Origin: Takakia lepidozioides
Taxonomy: Eukaryota > Plantae > Bryophyta
Direction of reading: 5' to 3'
Assembly: GCA_030704615.1 (NCBI GenBank)
Contig: CM060731.1
Coordinates: 64,976,001 to 65,040,000, forward strand
Length of the DNA: 64,000 nucleotides
Below, piece after piece: positions 27,360-37,690 of the stretch. Within the stretch, counting starts at the first letter, position 1. Each line of letters opens with the position of its first letter. The translations under genes were made by a program, and so were the position numbers. Below the pieces are notes generated by a model that searched no databases, had not been told where the DNA came from, and saw only the letters and a list, made by a program, of their open reading frames with translations.

Positions 27360-29661
27360 ATCAATCCGAGCCAACCAAATTTCAGGAAGAAGAGTACCAA
27401 CGAGATACTGTGGATTGATAGCTACAAGAAACTGGCGTGGATAGGTGGTGAACTGGAACCAACAGTAGCACAGGTGTTTGAATCTGGCACCTCCACCATG
27501 ACTACTACTACTTTTGAAAGAAGACCAAAGGAGAGGGTCCACTCTAACTGTTCTCTCATTCCTGGGGATGTGAGGAGGCTCTCTAAGGCAGGACAACTGA
27601 AAAAGAAAGGCAATGCAACCAAGGGAGCATTTCGGTAGACTCCAATACTTATGTGTGTCTCTTGCAGGAGTGCGTCAAGATAAAAGGCTTAGCAGAGGGA
27701 AAGCAAGTGCATGCCCACATTATTGAAAGTGGAGTTAAGCCAAGCATTTTTGTATACAACAGCCTCGTTAACATGTATGCCAAGTGTGGGAGCGTGGTGG
27801 ATGCATGCCTATTGTTTGACAAAATGCCTGAACGAGATAGATTTACGTGGAACATAATGATGGCAGGATATGTCAAGCATGGGTGTGGTAGGGAGGCCTT
27901 GGAGATATATGAGGAAATGCTATGGGAAGGGGTGAGCCCCAACAATGTTACATTCACTTGTGTCCTCACAGCGTGCGGCAGCCTAGGAGCCCTGGAAAAG
28001 GGCAAAGAGGTCCATGCTGATATCATCAAAGCCGGAGCTGACCCAGATGTCATTCTGGAGACTGCCCTTGCTTCAATGTATGCCAAATGCGGGAGCATGC
28101 AGGATGTACGTCGAGTGTTTGACAGTATGGCTGAAAGAGATGTGGCCTCATGGAATGCGATGATTGCAGGATATGCTCAGCATGGGTGTGAGAGGGAGGC
28201 TTTCGAGATCTATCAGCAAATGATACGGGAAGAAGTCGGACGAGCTCACTTTCATTTGTGTGCTCCATGCTTGCCTTGGAGCCCTAGAAAAAGTCAAAGA
28301 GATTCATGCTGACATCATCAAAGCTGGAGTTGAGCCAAATATCAATCTGGAGAATACTCTTGTTGACATGTATGCCAAATGTGGGAGCATGAAGGATGCA
28401 CGTCAAGTTTTCGACAATATGTCTGAGCAAAATGTGGTCTCGTGGAGTGCAATGATTGGAGGATATGCTCAGCACGGCTGTGGTAGGGAGGCTTTGGAGA
28501 CCTATGAGCAAATGATGAGCGCCAGGGTGATTCCCAACCAGGTCACATATGTTTGCGTTCTTAATGCATGTGCCGTCCTGGCAGCCCTCGAAAAGGGAAA
28601 AGAGGTCTATGCTGACATCATCAAAGCTGCAATTGCGCCAGATATTATTCTCGAGAATGCCCTTGTCAACATGTACGCCAAATGCGGGAGCATTAAAGAT
28701 GCATTCCTAGTCTTCGACAATATGGCTCGACGTGATGTAGTGTCATGGAGTGCAATGATAGCAGGATATGCCCAGCACGGTTGTGGTAGGGAGTCCCTGC
28801 AACTATTTGAACAAATGCAACAGGTAGGCACTAAGCCAAATGGTATCACATTTCTCTGTGTTCTCTCTGTTTGTAGCCATGTGGGCCTAGTGGATGAAGG
28901 CTGTCACTACTTTGGTTCCATGAGTCAATATCATGGCATCACCCCTGCGGTGGAGCATTTTGGCTGCATGGGTGGACCTTCTTGGCCGTGCAGGGCAACT
29001 GGATGAGGCGGAGGACTTAATTAAGAAAATGCCAATGGAACCAGGTGCTGCGGTTTGGGGGGCCTTGCTTGGTGCTTGCGAAATTCATGGTGATGTGGTG
29101 CGAGGAGAATGGGCTGCAAAATGTCTTCTTAAATGGGATCCTCAACATGCCTATCCTTATGTGCTGCTATCGAATATATATGCTGCAGCTGGCAGGTGGG
29201 ATGATACAGTAAAAGTGAGAAGAATGATGAAGGACCGGGGTGTCAGAAAAGAGCCTGGTCACTGCTGCATTGAGGTCAACAAACAGGTGCGTATATTTCT
29301 TGTAGATGACAAATTGCATCCACAAATCAAGGAAATCCATGCTCAGCTGGAGAGATTATCTGGGCAGATGAAGGAGGCTGGGTATGTGCCTGACACGCGC
29401 TTTGCATTGCGTGATGTGGAGGAGGAGCAAAAGGAATTTTCTCTTTGTCACCATAGTGAAAAGCTGGCCATTGCTTTTGGGCTGATCAGCACTTCCCCTG
29501 GGATGCGTCTTCTTGTCATCAAGAACCTTCGGGTTTGTGGTGACTGCCATACGGCCACCAAGTTCATCTCAAAGATTGTTGAGCGAGAAATCATAGTACG
29601 GGATACCAATCGTTTTCACCACTTCAAAGATGGGCTTTGTTCTTGTGGGGATTACTGGTGA
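27360..29661 (+). pseudogene. PLS-PPR-E-DYW gene with a half PDF motif at its 5' end; three frameshifts (locus 1)
   Basis: After an acceptor at 27358-59 it reads INPSQPNFRKKSTNEILWIDSYKKLAWIGGEL (diverged PDF half), then the same linker as loci 2/3, PLS repeats, E1/E2 and PGHCCIEV...HSEKLA...CGDCH...DYW. Frameshifts at ~27605, ~28235 and ~28970 split it across four ORFs. Confidence 0.85.
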
Positions 29662-30974
29662 AGCAACATCCATGAAGGTACATTGCTTCAAATGTGAAGG
29701 TGGATAGGTCATGGATGAAAGATAGGGGTGGCCTGCAAGGAGTAGGGATGGCAAAGGGGACTGCAAAAGAAGGTAAGCTATGTTAGCCGCTTAGTCATGT
29801 TTATAGTGTTTATGATCTTCGTTTAAGCTCTAGAAATATGAAGACCTGAAGCTTTTGGGCTTTGTTGAATGTGCCTTAAGAGAACTCACTCCAGAATGAA
29901 GGTTCCTTGCAGGCCTTCACAAGTCAGTCTCCTGAACCTACATCCGATATAGTTGAATAAGCTTCTAGTTTGAAAACCATATTGCACTCCAACCCCTTGG
30001 GTGTAAGGAGTTCGGGCATATGGACTGCAGCTTTGAAGCATATTTCAAGAGCTTCAGGTTTCTTTAAGCTTCTATTTTTCAACGAAATTTCACAAACTCC
30101 AGAAAAGTGACCAATTGGCTTGTGGAGCTCACCTCCTTGTTACATGTCAAGTATCTCAACTTGAAGCGTTATTTGGAGGATGCGACATCCTACGTAGAGC
30201 TTTATCACTAAACAGGAGTCTAACTCTATTGAGGAGGTTGGCCACTTGTTTTTATGTTACACGGTGTTCCCCCAAGTGGAGGTGCTGGAATTCCTATGTA
30301 CTACTCTTCACTGTGATTCCATATAACAGTTCTGCAATGCATAGAAAAGACGAGCTTGAACTGTTGAGACAGAGATGTAAGTACATATTGACATTTCTAT
30401 TAAATAGTAGACGGTTCTGCGGACAAATGTAAACAGTTTAAAGAGTCACACAAGTGGCAATATAGTACAGTATTTGCAAAAGTACAGCAGAGCAATGAGA
30501 AGATATCTAAATTACCGAACAACAAACTACAATGATAAAAGGGCAGTTGAAAAGTGATCACATATCTAAACTGCGGGTTTCGGATATCTGTGTGTTGAAC
30601 TTGTATGAAATTGTGTCCCGTTCAGAAGCACGACGATCCCAGTGTCTCCAGCCCTACTTCGCCAGCCCCAAGCACTCCACCTTGAAGACAAGCCCCAAGG
30701 CTCGATCCCATTGGACTGCTCTCCACCCGTACTTCACCAAGCCCCAACCGTCTCTTGACCTGCCACTACTCCCCTATACTCTTGCATGCAACAACCAAAA
30801 CCACAACCACTAGTGAGTTGTTTCTCACCTGTGCCGACAATAGTAGAGCTATCTAAAAAGTAATAAACTAGTGAACTCCAAATGGCTATACCTACCTACA
30901 GAACTATCTAGAAAGTAGAACTATGTTATCTAGCCACTCCTAAAAGAGGCTGTTCATCGGCGTGCTGAAAGTTG

Positions 30975-31375
30975 CCGACGCATTGGTGAGCCCAAATGGC
31001 ATCACCAAAAACTCATATGAACCATACCTTATCATGCACGTCGTTTTTTCCTCTTCTCCTTCCGCTACCTAAATCTGATAGTAACCTGAGCGCAAGTCGA
31101 TCCGATTGAAATACTTTGCGCCTATCAACTATCTGCCAACCGATCGAAGAGGTCGTCAATACTTGGCAAAGGGTAAGTGACGTTTTTATAGTCACCTTGT
31201 TCAAAGCCCTGTAATCAACACATATCTGCAGCGTCCTATCCTTTTCATCTGCAAATAGCATGGGCTCCGTAGGGTGACTTACTTGACCGGATGTATCCAT
31301 TTGCCATGAGGTCCTTGAGCTGTTCCTCAGCTCCACCAACTCTCTATGGCTCAATTGGTAAGGCGCCTTATTCAG
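30975..31375 (-). mobile_element. Degenerate Ty3/gypsy reverse transcriptase fragment
   Basis: Fragments KDRTLQICVDYRALNKVTIK, DLRSGYYQI and [14 protein letters not shown], interrupted by frameshifts. Confidence 0.8.
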
Positions 31376-32009
31376 GTATGTGTACTATACAAATTTATGT
31401 GTACATATATATATTTATTTATATTTACTTTATGTTTATTGTATTTGTTTTCACTTGATATTTGATAAAGTTGTAAATCAAGATAGCTTTGGAATGATGC
31501 TAGAATTGATATCTCATACCGGCTAGTATTGTGGTCATGATACTCATACTCATACCAATATCTAGAAAAAATACATCCACCGTTATATACACCAGACTGG
31601 TATGAAAGTTTTGTGATGGGTCTGGTATCAGGACCAGTCTGGTATGTCCTACACCTGATACCAGACCAACACTGGTCTTGACCTATTCCAATACCTTGGA
31701 ATAGCCAATACCTAGAGGAATTATGGTTACAATGAATATTTGGACATCACTACGCTGATTTGGGGGTCAATTGGACAAGATGGTCTTTTAAATACCCCCT
31801 TCGTCCTAGATCGTGTTAACAAACACCATTGCTATATTATCGAAGAGCTTCTTTTAAACATAAGACAAACGAGTCTTGGCATCACAAAACTTTCTCTCTC
31901 CCCCCCCACCCCCCCCCACATGAATCTAGCAATGAGATTTGAACTTTGATGGCATTCTCTATGTCCTCAACGCTCTTCTTGCATGACAATATGTACTTTA
32001 TAAACCCAT

Positions 32010-32435
32010 ACTAGGGTAGCATGTGCCGTTGGCCCAAGCGTCTAGGGTCATGTAAGCCCAAGTGCAATCTCCTATGCATTCAAGTGCATCTCCTATGTCT
32101 AGGCCCAAGTATGACCTCCAGGGTAGCCTATGCCGTTGGCCCAAGTGTCCAATGTCATCTAAGTCCAAGTGCATCAATATATGAAGGAAGCCATATCTAA
32201 TCATTTTTTTCCACAGAGCCTACGATCAGATTGAACCAGAGACCCTTGATATCTCTCCTGTCGAGGCTCCAACCATTGTCCCAGGAATGCCCACTTTGCT
32301 ATTTTTCGTGAATCTCCAACGACCAAAAGTACTTGGAATTCCACATCTCCCACACCATAGGTCCAAAAATTATGAGACCAAGCCCGTGCACCCCTCCTCG
32401 TCGAGGGCTTTCCAATGGTACCAAGCACCAGGGCT
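32010..32435. repeat. Composite repeat, copy A (ccaagtgcaatctcctatg minisatellite plus a ~180-bp unit)
   Basis: Direct-repeat homology to 34370-34965, including shared blocks ctcctgtcgaggctcc, actttgctatttttcg and gagggctttccaa(t/c)ggtaccaagcacc. Confidence 0.75.
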
Positions 32436-34369
32436 GGAGAGAGACCATAAATTTTTTACGCAATAGTTGTGCTCTGCAAGAAACACATTGCAAACAAGCC
32501 TCCACAAGCTTTGAGTGTTCTTGTGTAGTGTGTTGCCGTAGCTCCCTATTCACAATACTAATTTTGTATACAAGATATACTTCACGCACACAAAGAGAAC
32601 ACTACAAAGAGAACTTGATTTCCAACAGTTTCTCTCTCCATCGCCTAGGAAGATAAACCCATTGTTCCCACGCACCTACTGTCACACACATGCTATGTCG
32701 CTCTAGACCTGTCTTTTGTCTTCTGTGCTTATGTGACTTGTCTGTGTCTTCCCATCCCGTTCCCCTTCCATTTCCATCTCGTCTTCTCCGCTCTTCCCCG
32801 CACTTTCCTATTCGTGGATCAGGAAAGCGGCGCCCCCGCCCTCAACCCGCCCATAGCAGTCCTAGGCACGAAGGGCACCTACAGAGACTCGAGAGAGGCA
32901 GGATTCAAATCAGATCATGCAAAATCACATACCACAAACAATCTCAATTCTAGTGTCTAGGATACGAATTAACCACCCACGTCAATTGAAGATCTACAAT
33001 AGAAATGTTAGCATGGTTCGATTTTGGTTCAAAGACACCAGTGATCCGATAACCAAGGGCTTTTTGACAGCCAACCTTCAAAAGCAAAAAAAAAGTGGCA
33101 GATTGTGAAGAAGTTCATTTCTAAACGTGAACCAGCACTAGCTGCATTCTTATTGGCCAACTCATTTTCAAATTCTTCGTTTTTCTTAGACAGCTTCAAA
33201 AACGCGGGAGGGCGGAGTTCCGCTCTCGTGCATGCGGCGGAGGGTAGATGACATCTACGAGTGGTACAAAGAGCACAAGCCGTACCTTGCCAGCAAAGGA
33301 GAAAGTGGTGGAAAATCTGGTAATCCATTAGCATCTCTTGCCATTGATGGGAGGATGCACCCTCCTCCACAATCAAGGTGAATCCAATATCTATATTGTC
33401 ACATATGCTGACACTTTTTCTGGTTGTCATTTTGCAGCATTTGAAAGCTGACTTGAGAGGATTTTTATAAGATGATACAGATGGAAGAGAGGGACCAGCT
33501 CGTGGGCATCATCACGCTATTTACATCTGATGTAAGTTAATGAATCAAAAGGAGGCTGTTTTTTGACGCCCAAATGAATATTGTTCTATAGTATAGATGA
33601 TGGTCTTATTAACCATCATCCATGTAGAGGGTATTTATTTTGAGTTTTGTAATCATGCAAAGTTTAGAAATAGGTAATTAATGCATTTGTTGCATTATGC
33701 CTACCGGATGGGCATGTACTATTATTTCCATAGAGGTGGATTCCATCATAAAAACCTTGTAAGAATGTGACTTTTTCATTAATGTATACATGCTATTGGG
33801 GTTTCTCGGGAAAATGTGCATTGACCATTAGTGGGAAACTTGCACAAGCCTTTGAAGTTATTTCCTCAAATTTGTTGTTGATTTGCTGGTTGGCCAATAC
33901 AATATCAACTCTATATCCATCTATGTGTTCTAGGTTGTTCAACCAGGCACGACCAACAATATACAAGAAGAGAAAGGTGGAGAATCCACTCGAGAACAAT
34001 CATGAAGCAGTTTTATAGGTATATGTAATGCGATTAACCACTGGTGTTTATTATTGATGTTGACACAACTTACTCTTTGTAGTACTAGACTTATGCTAGA
34101 TTGCGTTGCAATACATTGGGTTTTAATGTTGAATTGTTTCAAATATTTATGATATGAATGGCTAATCCAGGGCACTCAAAAGCTCTCCTTAAGCGCCAAA
34201 AAAACCTTTGCAATAGTAGCCATGGACTTGGAGACCGTGCACGGTGGACCAAAATTGGCGTCCCGGCACAGTTTTCGGTGACTGTCGTGCATAATATCAT
34301 GAATCGCTTTGAATAGAATCAAATAATGTTGAGAAATATTTTTCATGTTGGATTCCTAACTTCAATATC

Positions 34370-34965
34370 TACCTACCAAGTGCAATTTCCTATGTATCCC
34401 AATGCGTCTCCTATGTCGAGGCCCAAGTGCGACCTCTAGTGTAGCCTATGCCGTTGGCCCCTCTATGAATAATTGAAATCTAAGTCCATGTGCAAAATTT
34501 TCCTACATATCCAAGTGCGTCTCCTATGTGAAGGCCCATCTAAGCCTAAGTGCAATCTTTTATTTATGTATCCAAGTGCATCTCCCATGTAGAGGCCCAA
34601 GTGTCCAGTGTCATGTAACTTGCCCAAGTGCAATCTCCTATGTATCCAAGTGCATCTCCCATGTAGAAACCCAAGTGTCCAGTGTCATGTAACTTGCCCA
34701 AGTGCAATCTCCTATGTATCCAAGTACGTCTCCCATGCCCAATTTTTTTTATATTAATTTATTGAGTAGTAATATATCCATTTATTATTGATATATCTCC
34801 TGTCGAGGCTCCCAAGAAAGCCTACTTTGCTATTTTTCGAGAATTTCCAGCGACCCAAAGTACTCTAAATTTCACATCTCCAACACTGCAGGTCCAAAAA
34901 TAATGAGACCAAGCCGGTGCACCCCTCCTCATCGAGGGCTTTCCAACGGTACCAAGCACCGGACC
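34370..34965. repeat. Composite repeat, copy B (~75-bp minisatellite array plus a ~180-bp unit)
   Basis: Tandem units like cccaagtgcaatctcctatgtatccaagtgcatctcccatgtaga...cccaagtgtccagtgtcatgtaacttg at 34545-34740, followed by the unit also seen at 32250-32435. Confidence 0.75.
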
Positions 34966-35558
34966 CTGCGGTCTGGGAGACCTCAACGACGCTACCAAAC
35001 AAACAAACAAACGCCTCCCTTCATATATTGATAACATATTGTACATACATATTGAACTTTATGTACAACAGCGAGCCTAGAGTGAGCGCATGAAGAGGGA
35101 GGCTCGGGTATATTTTGTGGAAGGGCCGGGGTTTGGGGGCAGGTGATACACCACAGTTGGGTGTGGCAATGGCTTACATGGCAGGTGGTCTGCACGGGAT
35201 GCAGCAGAGTTCAATATGACAGTGGTGTCTCTGAAAAATAAGAGTATATGGAAGGTGAGAAAAACTTAAATGCCAAGACCCAGGGTAAAAGAAAGCCTCT
35301 GGGCTGCTCAACGCCTCCCTCCCTGATCGTTTTCAGAGACCACTCTACAATCCCCAGACTGCAAACATAAGCTGCGTTAGCATCTGTGTAAGTCTGGACA
35401 TGTTCGTTGTTCCTCATCGTGTAGAGCCCAATGGAGCCCAAAACAACTTGCATGAATGTTGCTGAAAGCTCACTAGCACCCCTCAGTAAAGGACTTTGTC
35501 AAAATGTTGATGCTGTCGGATTTTCGAGCACAAACGTCTACCTTGGAGCACGGAGCAG

Positions 35559-37690
35559 AGCTGGCATGAGTTTTTTAAAGATCCTTCACGATGGTGGGAC
35601 AACCGCAATCGCAAGGTGTGGCTTTCTCTTAATGTATGATGTGAAGAAGTTTGTCCATCCTGCAGATGTGGGCTCTTGGCTCTTCCTGTTAGTACCATGA
35701 TTTTGTATTCTTCCTGATGTTTACAAGGTTCTTGGGAGAGTCAGCATGGTCTTAGCAGGCCGTGTTTCAATCTATGCCTGCTCAGCTGCACCGTGGTGGT
35801 TCTCACAGACCAATCCGACATGACCTGACTACAGACACAAAACACAAGAGGTCCTTTTGGGTTGATGTTCGGTCAATTCCTCCATGGGTCATGACACAAG
35901 GTCAAGGACAATGTGGTGAGGGCACCTTCTTCTTAACCCAAATCAGCCTGTTTTGCGCTCTTGTCAGACTAGGCCCTGAATTTGCATATTGAATTCTGTA
36001 AGTTGGCTCGTTGGGGGGATCTCTGGTGGTTTGGAGTGACTTTGACAAGTTACTGCCGATGTGGCAGCAGGAAAGTACCCAAAAACAGATAACAGAGATG
36101 AGGAGAAGCACTTTTCCGACCCCAGTCAATGGTGGGACAATGGAGACAAAAAGGTGAATGCCTGTTGGATTACAGAGAGAAGCAGATGCAATTCGGAATT
36201 GGAACTACTGTAATAAGTAGGGTTGGGGTGTTTGCTGGAAGAACTTCACGCCGTCAGTGTCAGCTGCTAGCAGCAGGGCTGAGGATGTATTCATGATTTG
36301 TACACAGGCAGGGATAGCTGAAGGACCAGGGATAGAGGTCCAGATTCATGCAAGAGGGCCAGATTTCAAACACAAGATTACTTCTGATTCCCTGTGGATC
36401 AATAGCTACAAGAAACCTGCGTGGGTAGATGGTCACCTGGAAACAGCAGCGGCAGCAGCACAATTGATAGAACCAGGCACAGGCACCTTCTTCAACACAT
36501 TTCAGCCTGTTTCTCTCTGTTATCAGAGTCGTCCCTAAATTTTGAGGTTGAATTCTGCAAGTTAGCTCGTTGGTGGATCTATGGTGGTTTGGAGTGATTT
36601 TGAAATGTTACTGCCAATGTGGCAACAGGAAAGTATCGAAAAACAGATAACAGAGACGAGGAGAAGCTCTGGAATGAATATGTTTCCGACCACAGTCAAG
36701 GGTGGAACAATCGAGGCAAAAAGGTGAATGCCTGTTGGAAGCGCAAGTCAGCATAGGAACTAGTGTGATAAGTAGGGTTGGGGTGTTTGCTAGAACAAAT
36801 CTAGGCTGTCATTGTCAGCTGCTAGCAGCAAGGCAAGGATGTATGCATGATTTGTGCAGAGCATGGATAGCTGAAGGAGCAGGGGTAGAGTTTGGGTCCA
36901 GATTCATCCAAGAGGGCCAGATTTCAAGCTCAACATTACCTATGATTCCCTGTGGACGGATAGCTACAAGAAACCTGCATGGGTAGATGGTCTACTGGAA
37001 GCCGCAGCAGCAGCGGCACAATTGACAAAATCAGGCACTGCTAATGAAGGCACCTTCTTCAACACATTTCACCCTGTTTTTCCCTCTTATCAGAATAGGC
37101 CCTAAAATTCCATGTTGAATTCTGCAAGTTAGCTGGTTGAGTGAATCTTTGATAGTTTGGAGTGACTTCGACATGATACTGCCAATGTGACAACAGGAAA
37201 GTATCCAGAAACAGGTAACACAGGCGAGGAGAAGCTGTGGAATGAATACTTTTCTGACCCCAGTCAATGGTGGGACAACCGAGGCAAAAAGGTGAATGCC
37301 TGTTAGATTACAGAGAGTAGCAGACGGAACTAGTGTGATAAGCTGAGTTGGGTGTTTCCTAGAACAAATCTAGGCTGTCATTATCAGCTGCCAGGCAAGG
37401 ATGTATGCATGATTTGTGCAGAGGCAGTGATAGCTGAAGGAGCAGGGATAGGAGTGTGATAAGTTGAGTTGGGTGTTTCCTAGAACAAATCTAGGCTGTC
37501 GTTGTCAGCTGCTAGCAGCAAGGCAAGGATGTACGCATTATTTGTACAGAGGCAGTGATAGCTGAAGGAGCAGGGATGGAGTGTGTGTCCAGATTCATTC
37601 AAGAGGGCCAGATTTCAAACACAAGATTACCTATGATTCCCTGTGGATCAATAGCTACAAGAAACCTGCATGGGTAGATGGTCAACTAAA
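35559..37690 (+). repeat. Tandem array of two-exon units (~550 bp) each encoding one OSB-type PDF motif (one degenerate plus three intact)
   Basis: Exon Y (GKYPETGNTGEEKLWNEYFSDPSQWWDNRGKK) / GT-AG intron / exon X (IHPRGPDFKHKITYDSLWINSYKKPAWVDGQL...) / putative GC-AG intron, repeated with homologous introns. Confidence 0.88.

Noticed and set aside
35271-35430. Remnant of an OSB SSB-like domain upstream of the PDF array
   Set aside because: Splice-like signals exist, but there is no convincing SSB/OB-fold similarity by eye.
35821-35823. In-frame TGA as a candidate for U-to-C RNA repair
   Set aside because: This is a nuclear locus, and the same exon also carries a frameshift; simple decay is more likely.
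35809-37592. CRISPR-like or non-coding RNA array
   Set aside because: The units are ~550-bp exon/intron duplications that encode protein; there is no repeat-spacer structure.
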